Source: Patescibacteria group bacterium (GTDB lineage: Bacteria > Patescibacteriota > Minisyncoccia > Phycocordibacterales > Phycocordibacteraceae). From it: a stretch of 43,603 bases of DNA. Position numbers and translations under genes: made by a program. Below the pieces are notes generated by a model that saw only the letters and a program-made list of their open reading frames with translations, did not search any database and was not told the DNA's origin. Below, in pieces: positions 18,293 through 28,771 of the stretch; the first letter of the stretch is position 1; each line of letters opens with the position of its first letter. The DNA lies in the NCBI GenBank assembly GCA_004296925.1, contig SCVI01000069.1:1-43603 (forward strand), given 5' to 3'.

Positions 18293-18520
18293 ATGTCTGG
18301 CGATCAATTGGAATATCAGCATACGAATCGTGTAATGGCAGAACTCAGAGAATGCGATCATTTTAAACTGCTAGTAGAAGAAGAAATTTCGAAAGCGCAA
18401 AGATGTCGAGATGAAGGAATATACAATTCAGAGCTGTATACTGAAATTGTTTCCGAAGCTCGAGCTCAACTAGAACATATAGCGGAACTCAGAGAGACGG
18501 TTAAAAGAAAAATGCATTAA
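18293..18520 (+). CDS. Hypothetical small acidic helical protein
   Basis: 75-aa ORF that ends at a strong terminator. No family recognised. Confidence 0.4.
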   Translation: MSGDQLEYQHTNRVMAELRECDHFKLLVEEEISKAQRCRDEGIYNSELYTEIVSEARAQLEHIAELRETVKRKMH

Positions 18521-18549
18521 AAAAACCTCCCCAATGGGAGGTTTTTTTT
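18520..18549. terminator. Bidirectional rho-independent terminator
   Basis: AAAAAA-CCTCCC-CAAT-GGGAGG-TTTTTTTT, between convergent ORF 18293-18520 and rpsA. Confidence 0.75.
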
Positions 18550-18562
18550 AATGCAAGGAGTG

Positions 18563-19660
18563 TTATTCTTTCGATTTCTTGAACGAGAGCGTCATTCGGT
18601 GCTCTTTTGGTTCAAAGAGAGAAATTTTGAATGGGTATGTTTTTCCAAGTCCAAGTGTTTCGCGAAGCTCTGCTTCAGATTCAAACTCGGATACGTGTAC
18701 TAATCCTGCCACACCTTCTTCAATTGAAGCGAGCGCACCATACTTGTTGTATTTAATGATTGCCGCGTTCACCTCATCTTCTTTCTTGTATTTCTTTGAT
18801 GCGGTAACCCAAGGATCTTCTTGAAGCTGTTTGAGAGAAAGTGAGATTTTTCCTTCTTTGATGTCGATAACCTTCACTTTTATTACATCGTTCACTTTTG
18901 AAAATGCACGTGGGTCTTCTACCAAGCCCCAGTCAATTTCAGAAATATGTACGAGTCCTTCAAGACCATCTTCAATACGAACAAAGATACCAAAATCAAC
19001 AATTCCAGTTACCGTACCTTCTACTTCGTCACCAACCGCATAACGATCAACTAACGTATCTCGTGTGTCTTTAGCACTGCCTCTCTCTGAGAAAATAAGT
19101 TTTCCTTCACGAGGATCTGCAGTGATAATAGAAACCGCGAGGTTTGTTCCGATAAGTTTTTTCAATTCATCTAAGATGAGTTGCTTTTCACCATTTGCGA
19201 CACGCGGATAGTGTTCTGGTTTCAGTTGTGAAGCAGGAAGGAAACCTTGGATGCTTTGCCAGCTAATGATAAGTCCGCCCTTGTTGGCGTCTTTAATAGG
19301 AAGTTCAAATACAGTTCCTGCAGCGATTGCACGTTCTGCATCTGACCAAATCATTGCTTGTCGAGCTTCCTTGAGAGAAAGTTCAATGTAGCCTTCCTTA
19401 TTGTGCGAACCAACAACCTTTGCAGATACTGTATCGCCAAGTGCAACTTTACGAAGCACGTCACGAGCCGAGAGAAACTCCCGTCCGTAAATGATACCTG
19501 TACCAAAAGGAGGTAGGTCGATATAAATTTTTCCTGAACCAATAGAAATAACTGGTCCTTCGATCGTATCTCCTGGAACTGGCGGGTTAGCGCTTTCAGA
19601 AAGAACGCGCTCCATGGCCTCGTTTACTACTACTTCTTTTTCAATTTTTTTCTTAGACAT
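18563..19660 (-). CDS. rpsA: 30S ribosomal protein S1 (four S1 domains)
   Basis: 365 aa with repeated S1 OB-fold motifs (GDxVxGxVxxIxxFGxFVxI, HISE). Confidence 0.85.
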   Translation of the reverse strand: MSKKKIEKEVVVNEAMERVLSESANPPVPGDTIEGPVISIGSGKIYIDLPPFGTGIIYGREFLSARDVLRKVALGDTVSAKVVGSHNKEGYIELSLKEARQAMIWSDAERAIAAGTVFELPIKDANKGGLIISWQSIQGFLPASQLKPEHYPRVANGEKQLILDELKKLIGTNLAVSIITADPREGKLIFSERGSAKDTRDTLVDRYAVGDEVEGTVTGIVDFGIFVRIEDGLEGLVHISEIDWGLVEDPRAFSKVNDVIKVKVIDIKEGKISLSLKQLQEDPWVTASKKYKKEDEVNAAIIKYNKYGALASIEEGVAGLVHVSEFESEAELRETLGLGKTYPFKISLFEPKEHRMTLSFKKSKE

Positions 19661-19826
19661 TTAATCAGTGATCAAGATGGGTTTTGGTTAGGTTTTCAGG
19701 CCTTTCCAAGGGTTACTCCACCTCGAAGTGATAAAAAAGCCCTAAGGGCTTTATGCAAAGAATCTATCAAATACTGACCAAAAACGCAAACCTTCATTTA
19801 CCTCATGGGCGTGGTATAGATTTGTT

Positions 19827-20186
19827 GTGGGGGAAAGATTCATGTATACACCAGAAGTGCTATCTAGAGCGGATGAATGGTTGGAAAGCAAAAAAGGAAC
19901 TTTGGTGGATTTTTGTAATAGATTTAGTTTAAATTATTCTAGTTTTAGAGTTACTCGATCGCAATATCGTTTAGGGAAACGGAGCGGAAATGGTACACGA
20001 CATCATATTGCTTGGAAAAATGAAGAAGAAAATATTTTACAAATGATACGAGACGGTGTGAGTGTTGCTCAAATGGCTTTGGATTACGGAATTAAAAAAA
20101 CGACCATGCATCAACGGTTGGTGCATATGGGGCTTACTCCTGATATAAGAGAGGAGATGTCTCGTGGAGAGTGGGATGAGAATTGA
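19827..20186 (+). CDS. Hypothetical helix-turn-helix protein
   Basis: GVSVAQMALDYGIKKTTMHQRLVHMG looks like an HTH. The start is uncertain (GTG at 19827 or ATG at 19842). Confidence 0.4.
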   Translation: MGERFMYTPEVLSRADEWLESKKGTLVDFCNRFSLNYSSFRVTRSQYRLGKRSGNGTRHHIAWKNEEENILQMIRDGVSVAQMALDYGIKKTTMHQRLVHMGLTPDIREEMSRGEWDEN

Positions 20187-20216
20187 TTTAGAGACCTCTA
20201 GAGTCTAGGATTCATC

Positions 20217-20861
20217 GTGCTACAATCGAGCATACTTATGGTCATTCAACGGGCAGGAGGGTACTGTTTTAAAATTTCTGCAGGCGATACTATGCTTGCG
20301 GTAAATCCACCGTCTCAGAAATCAAAACACAAAGTTTCAAAATTCGGTTCAAATATTGTTCTCATTTCCGTCCCTGATATTGATTGGAACGGTGTAGAAA
20401 CAGCAACGCATGGTGGTAAAGACCCATTCGTTATACAAGGACCCGGTGCGTATGAAGTTGGAGATATTACTATTACTGGGTATGCGACGCCGGCAAGTTA
20501 TAACGATGTGATGTCCGATGTAGGTAATACAGTCTATGTAGTAGAGATGGATGGTATCCGGGCACTCATTTTAGGCGGCGCTTCGGTTTCAAAGCTTCCG
20601 TCTGCAGTACGAAGCGAATTAGATAATATCGGCATTGTCTTTGTTCCGGTTGGTGAGAGTGCTCTTGACGCAAAAGGAGCTCATGAGTTAGTGACAGCAA
20701 TAGAGCCAAAAGTAATTATTCCGTACGCAGTTGGTAAAGATGATGCACTTAAGTCATTTTTGAAAGCAGAAGGAGGTACAGGAGCAAAGGCCGTTGATAA
20801 ATTTACGGTACGTGCAAAGGAGTTAGCGGGAATGGACGGCGAAGTCGTATTGCTTGCCTAA
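20217..20861 (+). CDS. MBL-fold (UPF0173-like) protein lacking an obvious His motif
   Basis: GPGAYEVGDITITG, VYVVEMDGIRALILGG, VFVPVGE and PKVIIPYAV follow the metallo-beta-lactamase-fold UPF0173 pattern. Confidence 0.45.
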   Translation: MLQSSILMVIQRAGGYCFKISAGDTMLAVNPPSQKSKHKVSKFGSNIVLISVPDIDWNGVETATHGGKDPFVIQGPGAYEVGDITITGYATPASYNDVMSDVGNTVYVVEMDGIRALILGGASVSKLPSAVRSELDNIGIVFVPVGESALDAKGAHELVTAIEPKVIIPYAVGKDDALKSFLKAEGGTGAKAVDKFTVRAKELAGMDGEVVLLA

Positions 20862-20864
20862 TTC

Positions 20865-21104
20865 ATGTTTTTTGATCGAATAGAAAAACTCAGACGTGCA
20901 TCAATCAAAACTCGTGAGCGTGCTCTCGCACTTTTTACTATATCTGTTGTAGCAATCGTTACGTTCGCATGGTTCGTATCATTTGTAATTGGGATAGTGA
21001 CCCACTCCCCAGATGAGGTTGTTGCGGGAACAACCACATATGATCGTCTAGTTACTCCTATATATGAACAAATTACATTGTTTATACAGGACATGTTCCG
21101 CTAG
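20865..21104 (+). CDS. Small single-pass membrane protein, hypothetical
   Basis: 79 aa with one TM helix (LALFTISVVAIVTFAWFVSFVIGIV). I preferred it over the overlapping antisense ORF. Confidence 0.4.
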   Translation: MFFDRIEKLRRASIKTRERALALFTISVVAIVTFAWFVSFVIGIVTHSPDEVVAGTTTYDRLVTPIYEQITLFIQDMFR

Positions 21105-21140
21105 GATTCGTTACGCCCGCATGATAAAATAGTAAGATAT

Positions 21141-23609
21141 ATGGCTAGAAAGAAAGGCGCGAGCCAACCGGAAGAAAGCGTAGAAAAGGCCGACACAGGC
21201 CTTCGAATCGTTTCGCGCTCTATTGTCTCTGAAATGCGTGAGTCGTATCTCGACTACGCAATGTCTGTTATCACTGCGCGTGCACTTCCTGATGTGCGTG
21301 ATGGTTTGAAGCCAGTACACCGACGCATTTTGTACACCATGCATCGCATGGGTTTAACTGCTCAATCAAAACCAAGAAAGTCAGCTGCGGTTGTTGGAGA
21401 TGTTCTTGGAAAGTACCATCCACATGGTGACACCGCAGTGTATGAAGCTCTCGTAAAAATGGCGCAAGAATTTACCATGCGCTACCCATTGATTATCGGG
21501 CAAGGAAACTTCGGTTCCATTGATGGCGACTCTGCTGCTGCCATGCGTTATACCGAAGCAAAAATGGCAAAACTTTCAGCTGATCTTCTTTCAGATTTGG
21601 ATAAAGAGACAGTTGAGTGGCGTCCAAACTACGATGGTACACAAAGAGAGCCTGACGTATTACCTGCTGGCGTTCCCAATATTTTGTTAAACGGCACGCT
21701 TGGTATTGCTGTCGGTATGGCAACAAATATTCCACCACATAATCTTGGTGAAGTAGTTGATGCAACAGTGCACCTCATTGATAATCCTGACGCCACTACT
21801 GAAGATTTATTGCAATTCATCCAAGGACCTGACTTTCCGGTTGGTGGTATTGCATACAATGCAAAAGATATTGCGCATGCTTATGCTACTGGTCGCGGAG
21901 GTGTCGTTGTTCGTGGTAACGCCGAAATCACTGAGGATAAGAAAGGCAACAACATTATTGTCATTACTTCTATTCCGTATCGTGTTAACAAGGCAGATTT
22001 GATAGTGAATATTGCGAATCTAGTACGTGATAAAAAATTAGAAGGAGTACGCGACCTTCGTGATGAATCGACACGAGACATTCGTGTGGTGGTAGAACTG
22101 AAAAACAACGCGCAGCCACAGCAAGTATTAAATTATCTTTACAAGCACACACAGCTTGAGGATGCTTTCCACTACAACACCGTTGTGTTGGTTGATGGAG
22201 TCCCGCAAACGCTACCACTTACCGGTATATTGACTCATTTCATTGAGCATCGACGAGTAGTCATTAAGCGACGCACTGAATTTGATCTACGAAAAGCACA
22301 GGATAGAGAACATATTTTGCTTGGGCTTAAAAAAGCGCTCGATCATATTGATGAAATCATCAAGGTAATTAAGGCGGCGAAAGATGTACAAGAAGCGCAC
22401 ACGTCTTTGATGAAGAAATTTAAGTTTTCAGAGAGGCAAACAACCGCCATTCTTGAAATGCGCCTTCAAAAACTTGCAGGACTAGAGCGTAAGAAAATTG
22501 AAAATGAATTGAAAGAGTTGCAAGCGCTTATTGCAGAACTTGAAGCGATTCTTGCATCTGCCAAAAAGATTATGGCTGTCGCGAAGAAAGAATTAATGGA
22601 GCTTCGCGAAAAATATGCCGATGAAAGAAGAACAAAAATTGTGAAGGGAGGTGTGAAAAATATGTCTGTCGAAGACTTAATTCCAGATGAAGCATCAATG
22701 CTCACACTTACTTCGACTGGTTACGTAAAGCGTACGAATCCAACTGAGTACAAAAAACAAAATCGTGGAGGTGTCGGAGTGATTGATCTCAACACAAAAG
22801 AGGAAGATTTCGTGACACGTTTCTTAGAAGGTTCAACACATGATTCAGTACTCTTCTTCTCTGATAGAGGGAAAGTTTATAGAACACGAATGTATGAAGT
22901 TCCTGAAGGAAGGCGAGCCACGAAAGGTAAATCGATTATGAACGTACTTCCTCTAACTACCGAAGAGCGCATTACATCGATCGTCACAGTACCAAAAAAT
23001 GTTGCCACCTCTTCCTTTATGCTTATTACAAAAAAAGGCGTTGCAAAGCGAGTGAAAGCGGATCAGTTTGAAGACGTGCGACGCTCAGGAATTATTGCTA
23101 TGTCGCTTTCAGCAGGAGATAGCCTCATTGCAGTGCTTCCTGTTACCAAAGGCGATAGTGTGATGCTGGTAACCTCGGGAGGACAAGCAATTCGGTTTAA
23201 AGAATCAGACATTCGAGAGATGGGACGAACCGCTGCAGGCGTTCGAGGTATGAAGCTTTCCGGTAAGGACTCTATTATTGGTGCGGATGTAATACGAAAT
23301 GAAAAGGAATCAGAAATATTAGTACTCGCCGACATGGGCTTTGGAAAGAGAACTCCTGCTAAGGAATATAAAATACAAAAAAGAGGCGGTTCGGGTATTA
23401 AAACTGGTAAGGTGACACCAAAAACAGGTTCTTTAATTGCAGCGCGTGTAGTGGATCCTTCAATGAGTGAAATTATTGTTGCTTCAAAGAATGGTCAAGT
23501 TATCCGTACAGAATTAAGCCAAGTACCAACACTCTCACGTGCAACACAAGGTGTTCGCGTTATGAAGTTGCGTGAAGGTGACCGCATCGCTGCGTTCACT
23601 GCTTTTTAG
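21141..23609 (+). CDS. gyrA: DNA gyrase subunit A
   Basis: 822 aa. Contains [32 protein letters not shown] (catalytic Tyr) and C-terminal beta-pinwheel repeats. Confidence 0.97.
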   Translation: MARKKGASQPEESVEKADTGLRIVSRSIVSEMRESYLDYAMSVITARALPDVRDGLKPVHRRILYTMHRMGLTAQSKPRKSAAVVGDVLGKYHPHGDTAVYEALVKMAQEFTMRYPLIIGQGNFGSIDGDSAAAMRYTEAKMAKLSADLLSDLDKETVEWRPNYDGTQREPDVLPAGVPNILLNGTLGIAVGMATNIPPHNLGEVVDATVHLIDNPDATTEDLLQFIQGPDFPVGGIAYNAKDIAHAYATGRGGVVVRGNAEITEDKKGNNIIVITSIPYRVNKADLIVNIANLVRDKKLEGVRDLRDESTRDIRVVVELKNNAQPQQVLNYLYKHTQLEDAFHYNTVVLVDGVPQTLPLTGILTHFIEHRRVVIKRRTEFDLRKAQDREHILLGLKKALDHIDEIIKVIKAAKDVQEAHTSLMKKFKFSERQTTAILEMRLQKLAGLERKKIENELKELQALIAELEAILASAKKIMAVAKKELMELREKYADERRTKIVKGGVKNMSVEDLIPDEASMLTLTSTGYVKRTNPTEYKKQNRGGVGVIDLNTKEEDFVTRFLEGSTHDSVLFFSDRGKVYRTRMYEVPEGRRATKGKSIMNVLPLTTEERITSIVTVPKNVATSSFMLITKKGVAKRVKADQFEDVRRSGIIAMSLSAGDSLIAVLPVTKGDSVMLVTSGGQAIRFKESDIREMGRTAAGVRGMKLSGKDSIIGADVIRNEKESEILVLADMGFGKRTPAKEYKIQKRGGSGIKTGKVTPKTGSLIAARVVDPSMSEIIVASKNGQVIRTELSQVPTLSRATQGVRVMKLREGDRIAAFTAF

Positions 23610-23679
23610 AACTTTCTAAGAAAGATGCGGTGTGTGAGTGAGTGCCGGTGACAGAAAGGAACCGAGCTATACTGTGTAG

Positions 23680-24207
23680 ATGTTCCTCGACCCAAAAAAA
23701 ATAATTCGTCATGCTCCTGTTAAGGCCTCACATCGTGTAGGAGATTTCGGTACAGGAGCGGGGCATTATGCACACATATTAGGCGAAAGACTCGGTGCTG
23801 AAGGTTCAGTGTATGCATTTGATGCTTTTACGCCTCATCTTGATGCACTTCGTAGAGCGTGGAGTGCACAAGCGCAACTGTACGCAATAGAATCAGATTT
23901 AAATACTCACATTCCAATTCGTAATAATCTTCTACACACCGCTGTGGTTGCAAATGTACTCCATCAAATAGAGAAAAAGGGTCGCTTCATTTCTGAATTA
24001 GAGAGAGTTATGGAGCCGGGAGGATCGGTGCTTGTAGTGGATTGGGTTTCATCATTTAAAAATATGGGACCACCTAAAGAAGTGGTATTGGCTCCAAGCG
24101 AAACGGTACGCATGTTCCGTTCTTTCGGATTCTCTGTTGGTGACATGCTTCCTGCAGGAACACATCACTTCGCATTTCTAGCAGTTGCTCCAAAAGAAAC
24201 TATTTAA
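23680..24207 (+). CDS. Class I SAM-dependent methyltransferase
   Basis: VGDFGTGAGHYA (motif I) and PGGSVLVVDW. Confidence 0.6.
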   Translation: MFLDPKKIIRHAPVKASHRVGDFGTGAGHYAHILGERLGAEGSVYAFDAFTPHLDALRRAWSAQAQLYAIESDLNTHIPIRNNLLHTAVVANVLHQIEKKGRFISELERVMEPGGSVLVVDWVSSFKNMGPPKEVVLAPSETVRMFRSFGFSVGDMLPAGTHHFAFLAVAPKETI

Positions 24208-24258
24208 CACTGTTGGTATGTTTGTAAATGATGCAGTTGAGCAGGATATACTAAATAT

Positions 24259-25548
24259 ATGAAACTTTTTAACGTTATCGTCGTTGGGGTTTTTATTGCA
24301 CTCGCCGTTGTTTCGGTTTTTATTTTTGCAACGTACACCTCATTTCAGAAAAATGCAGTAGGACCGGTGGTTATTTGGGGATCTTTTCCTCATTCTATGT
24401 TTGAAAGTGTGATGGCAGAACTCTCTGCAAACAATAATACATACGAACAGGTGACGTATCGCAACATATCTAAAGACCAATTTATTCCAAGTTTGGTGCA
24501 AGCCATTGCCTCAGGCACAGGACCCGACCTCGTCATTTTCCCCGCTGAAAATTTAGTGCATGAAGGAGATAAATTGCAATCAATTTCGTATCAAGCAATG
24601 AGTCGTAGAGATTTTCAGAACACTTTTGTTGAAGCGGGAGAGATTTTTCTTGAATCGGATGGAATAAAAGCACTTCCGTTTAGTATTGATCCTTTAGTGA
24701 TGTATTGGAATAGAGGTCTTTTCTCTGTTGGGGCTATTGCAGAAGCGCCCCGGTACTGGGATCAAATCGCTGACATAACAGCAAAACTCACTCGAGCTGA
24801 GAAAAATGGAACATTGACCCAAAGCGCAGTTGCCTTTGGTACATGGGATAACGTTGATCATGCAAAGGAAATATTTCTTACGCTCTCTCGTCAGCTTGGG
24901 AATCCGATAATGGTTGTGTCTTCTAATGGAGAATATGAATCTATTCTTGGAGGTGTTCAAACTGGCACTGTAAATCCTGCAGATTCGGCGCTTCGTTTCT
25001 ACACAGATTTTTCTGATCCTGTGAAGCCTGTGTATTCATGGAATCGCTCACAACCAACCGCAAGAAGCTCTTTTATTGCTGGAAAACTAGGTATTTATTT
25101 TGGTAGAGCTTCAGAACTGTACGGCATTCGACAAGCAAATCCGAATCTCAATTTTGACGTCGCTCCTATGCCATCTATTCGTGGCGGGGGTTCTGCTGTT
25201 TATGCTGAGGTTACAGGGCTTGCGATACCCCGCGGAAGTAAAAATCCACAAGGCGCACTTGCAGTCGCGCAAGCGTTCACGAGTAAGTCGATACAACCGC
25301 AAATTACCAATTCTCTTTTTCTCCCCTCGGTTCGTAGAGATTCGTTTGTGGGAAATCCAAACGATCCTTACGTAGCAATGTTCCAGCAGTCTGCACTTCT
25401 TTCGTTCGCGTTTCTTGACCCCGATCCAATGTCCTCCGATTCTATTTTTAAGCGCATGGTTGAGAATGTATTTTCTGGAAAATTACAGGTCAGCGAGGCC
25501 ACAAGAAACGCAAGTGCAGAGTTGCAAGCACTTATTGGAGTGCGATAA
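24259..25548 (+). CDS. Extracellular solute-binding protein (ABC-type, family 1-like) with N-terminal membrane anchor
   Basis: 429 aa with an N-terminal TM helix. GTGPDLVIFP and VMYWNRGLF are typical of sugar-type substrate-binding proteins. No permease or ATPase gene lies adjacent. Confidence 0.6.
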   Translation: MKLFNVIVVGVFIALAVVSVFIFATYTSFQKNAVGPVVIWGSFPHSMFESVMAELSANNNTYEQVTYRNISKDQFIPSLVQAIASGTGPDLVIFPAENLVHEGDKLQSISYQAMSRRDFQNTFVEAGEIFLESDGIKALPFSIDPLVMYWNRGLFSVGAIAEAPRYWDQIADITAKLTRAEKNGTLTQSAVAFGTWDNVDHAKEIFLTLSRQLGNPIMVVSSNGEYESILGGVQTGTVNPADSALRFYTDFSDPVKPVYSWNRSQPTARSSFIAGKLGIYFGRASELYGIRQANPNLNFDVAPMPSIRGGGSAVYAEVTGLAIPRGSKNPQGALAVAQAFTSKSIQPQITNSLFLPSVRRDSFVGNPNDPYVAMFQQSALLSFAFLDPDPMSSDSIFKRMVENVFSGKLQVSEATRNASAELQALIGVR

Positions 25549-25556
25549 TAGAACGT

Positions 25557-25931
25557 ATGTTGTCAACCACTTTAAAATTTACGAGAAAGATTTTACCTGG
25601 ACTCTTATCATTAGTCATACTTGCAATTCCGCTCACTGCGTTTGGTGCTTGTGCAGGAAATCAACTTTGTAATCCGCTCGGTTACTCAACGCTCACAGAA
25701 TTCTTAAATCGCATACTTAGACTAGTCGTACAAATCGGATTCCCGGTTATTGTGCTGTATATAGTGTTCATCGGATTTAAGTTTATTACCGCACAAGGGA
25801 AGGCGGAGAAACTTAACGAGGTCCGAAGCCTTTTCTTTTGGGCGATTGTCGGTTCTCTTGTGGTATTAGGAGCGCAAGCGCTTTCTCTCGCTATCCAAGC
25901 AACAGTAAATGACCTTCAACGAGGAATCTAA
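25557..25931 (+). CDS. TrbC/VirB2-like (T4SS-pilin-like) small membrane protein, paralog 1
   Basis: Signal peptide ending FGA, a Cys pair (CAGNQLC), then two TM helices separated by AQGKAEK. Confidence 0.6.
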   Translation: MLSTTLKFTRKILPGLLSLVILAIPLTAFGACAGNQLCNPLGYSTLTEFLNRILRLVVQIGFPVIVLYIVFIGFKFITAQGKAEKLNEVRSLFFWAIVGSLVVLGAQALSLAIQATVNDLQRGI

Positions 25932-25937
25932 TTCATC

Positions 25938-26402
25938 ATGACTCTCGGAAGCATTATCAACACAATGACCCAAGTCGTCTCACTTGCGGTTCCGACGATT
26001 CTTGTGTTGCTCTTGTTTTATTGGAATGTTTCGCAGATTATCTTGACCGCAGATAATCCAGAAAAAAGAAAACAAGCGCTCCCTCGTCTTTTGTGGAGCA
26101 TCGTTGCTCTTTTCGTTATTTTTTCTCTCGGAGGGATTATCAATATAATTTCGGAAACACTACTTGGTTCAAATGGTGCGTCATCTTCTAGTCCCGCATC
26201 TCAAACAGCTGGCACTAATAGTGCTCCTATAGTTCCACGAGGGACTACACGAACTCCTGCACCAACATCACCAACCCCCACACCTCCAGGATCTACCGTA
26301 ACTCCAACTCCAACTCCAACTCCAACACCTCCAGGATCTACCGTAACACCAACACCTCGCCCACAACCCGAACCCCCCGAGAGAGGATTTTTCCAAATTT
26401 AG
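25938..26402 (+). CDS. Pilin-like small membrane protein, paralog 2, with Pro/Thr-rich repeat tail
   Basis: Two TM helices around ADNPEKRKQ. The tail carries TPPGSTVTPTPTPTP twice. Confidence 0.55.
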   Translation: MTLGSIINTMTQVVSLAVPTILVLLLFYWNVSQIILTADNPEKRKQALPRLLWSIVALFVIFSLGGIINIISETLLGSNGASSSSPASQTAGTNSAPIVPRGTTRTPAPTSPTPTPPGSTVTPTPTPTPTPPGSTVTPTPRPQPEPPERGFFQI

Positions 26403-26429
26403 CAGTGAAGATAGTGTACAATTTTAACT

Positions 26430-26783
26430 ATGAATCAATATAAAAAAGTATTTTTTGGGATCACCGCTTTCTTACTTTTCCCGCTCGTTGTTTTTGCTGC
26501 TACTGCAAGAACACTCCAAGACGTTCTAAGAAATATTGGTGATGTTATCACTGTAGCTACTCCAATAGTGGTGACGCTCGGACTTTTAGGATTTTTCTGG
26601 GGTTTAGCCATGTATATTTTTAGTTCTGGTGTTGAGGAAAAAAGGAAAAAAGGAGTTAGTACAATGATTTGGGGCATTGTAGCTCTTTTTGTGATGTTTT
26701 CAGTTTTTGGAATTATTAATCTTTTCCAAAATTCATTAGGGGTAAGTACGGGGACTATCCAAGCACCTAGAATAGGGAATTAG
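26430..26783 (+). CDS. Pilin-like small membrane protein, paralog 3
   Basis: Signal peptide (VVFAA) and FFWGLAMYIFSSGVEEKRKKGVSTMIWGIVALFVMFSVFGIIN. Confidence 0.6.
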   Translation: MNQYKKVFFGITAFLLFPLVVFAATARTLQDVLRNIGDVITVATPIVVTLGLLGFFWGLAMYIFSSGVEEKRKKGVSTMIWGIVALFVMFSVFGIINLFQNSLGVSTGTIQAPRIGN

Positions 26784-26893
26784 AAAAGGTGATACTAGCT
26801 ATCCACACGGCTATTTTGCATGCACTATGAAAGTACGGAGAGTGGTACAATGTAGATTGGCTTATTATTATTGCTTATATTTAGAAAGTAAAC

Positions 26894-27262
26894 ATGAAAG
26901 ATCTCTTTAAAATAGGATTTATCGGTATTTCTGCATTAGCTCCGTTCGCAGTTTTTGCTGCAGACGTTGAAAATGGACTTACTAAGATAGGTGACCTTAT
27001 AAACCAAGCGACACCAATTATTGTTGCGCTTGCGCTCCTCGCGTTTTTCTGGGGATTGGTTACATACATATTCCAGTCAGGTGATGCAGAAAAAAGAAAG
27101 AAAGGTCTTTCTATAATGATTTGGGGTGTTATTGCTCTTTTCGTTATGCTTTCAATTTTCGGGATCATCAACGCGCTTCAGGACACACTTGATGTAGGTT
27201 CTGGAACAGTGACTACGCCAACGATCAATACTGATACTGGTGTTGGTACTCAAGGAAGATAA
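26894..27262 (+). CDS. Pilin-like small membrane protein, paralog 4
   Basis: FFWGLVTYIFQSGDAEKRKKGLSIMIWGVIALFVMLSIFGIIN, nearly collinear with paralog 3. Confidence 0.6.
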   Translation: MKDLFKIGFIGISALAPFAVFAADVENGLTKIGDLINQATPIIVALALLAFFWGLVTYIFQSGDAEKRKKGLSIMIWGVIALFVMLSIFGIINALQDTLDVGSGTVTTPTINTDTGVGTQGR

Positions 27263-27329
27263 GTTGTTTGCACACATAGCCTCTCCTTTTTGAGGGAGAG
27301 GCTTTATGTGCGAATAGATTTCTAAAATC

Positions 27330-27587
27330 ATGGATACACTCTCAACTTTTATTGCGAACATTGTTCGACTCATATTCACTCCGATTATAGGACTCTTGAT
27401 GGCGCTCGCGCTCTTTTATTTTGTTTGGGGGATATTTATTTTTATTATGCAGGCCGATAATCCAGAGGCTCGTAAAAAAGGAACTTCGCATATTCTTTGG
27501 AGTCTCGTTGGTTTTGTAATTATGGTCTCTGTTATAGGAATTCTCAGTGTTGTTACAGGTACTTTTGGAGTAAGTTTGCCTCGATAA
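27330..27587 (+). CDS. Pilin-like small membrane protein, paralog 5 (no signal peptide)
   Basis: FVWGIFIFIMQADNPEARKKGTSHILWSLVGFVIMVSVIG. Confidence 0.55.
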   Translation: MDTLSTFIANIVRLIFTPIIGLLMALALFYFVWGIFIFIMQADNPEARKKGTSHILWSLVGFVIMVSVIGILSVVTGTFGVSLPR

Positions 27588-27652
27588 TTCCTCTCTGAAT
27601 TAAGATAATTTGTTTAGCGCCACTTTGGGTGTTATTTTAAATAGAGATATAA

Positions 27653-28768
27653 ATGAATGAACGGAGACAAAAAGGAGAAACATCCGAGCCTACGTTTTCG
27701 CGTGAAGCGAATCAAGTAACTCGTTCTGTAGTAATGGAGTTTTTAGGGAGCGTTCGTTCTATTCAGAAAGAACTTGTCGGAAGGAAACGCGCGCGAAGGC
27801 AAGACAGAAATTCATTGCATGAAGTTACGAATGGAAAGACTGTTCCGGTAGAAGTTGAGTGGTTGCAAGATTTGTATTCCAAGGCTACCCAAATTGTTTC
27901 TGCTGAGAAAAAGAAATATTTTGATTTGAAGATTGTTCAGGCGTCGCGCCACGCTTTAATGCTTGCTGGTGCGGTCTCGAGTATTACGCTTGCCGGATTC
28001 GCAGGTGAAGGCGTACGGAACGAAATTAAAGAAAGTAAGGGGAGTAATGGCGATGTTGTATTTACGCATTCTGACATCGAAACCACGCAGATTCTTGATT
28101 ATCTAACCGGTAAATCACCACTACCTGAAGCTGAACGATTACGGCTTTTAAGAGCGTATTTGCGTCAGGGATACGAGGTTGAGAATTTAAAGGCCCCAAC
28201 CAACCTCGATTCTTTAGACGAGTCGGGTTTAAAAGAGGCGGTGTACGTATACTATAAAACAGTAGGAAAAGAATCTGAGGAGGACGCACGTGAGGGCGCT
28301 GAGGGATTTGTTTCGGACGGCGTACCAGAGTATGAATTTAATCCAAAACTTTATAGAAAGTTGTGGAGACTTCAAAGGGAAGTGGGCGCACCGCGCATAC
28401 GATGGGCTTTTGACGGCGGTTTTGACGCTAGGATGGTAGGAAGCGAGCGCGCAAACTATAACGGGCTTTCTAACACTGCGTACATTTACCCACTCACTGC
28501 ATTTAATGATCTTATTTCTGAAGATGCACATGCACATCAACGTGAACATTCGCCATGGCAAACTTCACTTAGATGGGTGTATGACGGAGCCGCAACACTC
28601 ATGCGTGCAGTTGTTACAAAAACTGATTTACGGGTCGCATACAGTGATGATTATAGAACTCCAAGAAGTTTGGAGCATATAGCTCATACTGAGATTGAGC
28701 CTAATCTTCGAGAGTCTTTGGATGGTGAATATCCAACTCGAAAACGAGGCGACACAAACGCTGAATAG
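27653..28768 (+). CDS. Hypothetical protein with one central TM segment
   Basis: 371-aa ORF with hydrophobic ALMLAGAVSSITLAGFAG. No family recognised. It follows the pilin array on the same strand. Confidence 0.45.
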   Translation: MNERRQKGETSEPTFSREANQVTRSVVMEFLGSVRSIQKELVGRKRARRQDRNSLHEVTNGKTVPVEVEWLQDLYSKATQIVSAEKKKYFDLKIVQASRHALMLAGAVSSITLAGFAGEGVRNEIKESKGSNGDVVFTHSDIETTQILDYLTGKSPLPEAERLRLLRAYLRQGYEVENLKAPTNLDSLDESGLKEAVYVYYKTVGKESEEDAREGAEGFVSDGVPEYEFNPKLYRKLWRLQREVGAPRIRWAFDGGFDARMVGSERANYNGLSNTAYIYPLTAFNDLISEDAHAHQREHSPWQTSLRWVYDGAATLMRAVVTKTDLRVAYSDDYRTPRSLEHIAHTEIEPNLRESLDGEYPTRKRGDTNAE

Positions 28769-28771
28769 TAT

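Noticed and set aside
12632-23335. Numerous antisense or shadow ORFs inside ftsZ, ftsA, the hisS-like gene, rpsA, gyrA, ahcY, trxB, infB, clpB and others
   Set aside because: They are fully nested in, or antisense to, long ORFs with unambiguous family motifs. These are typical shadow frames.
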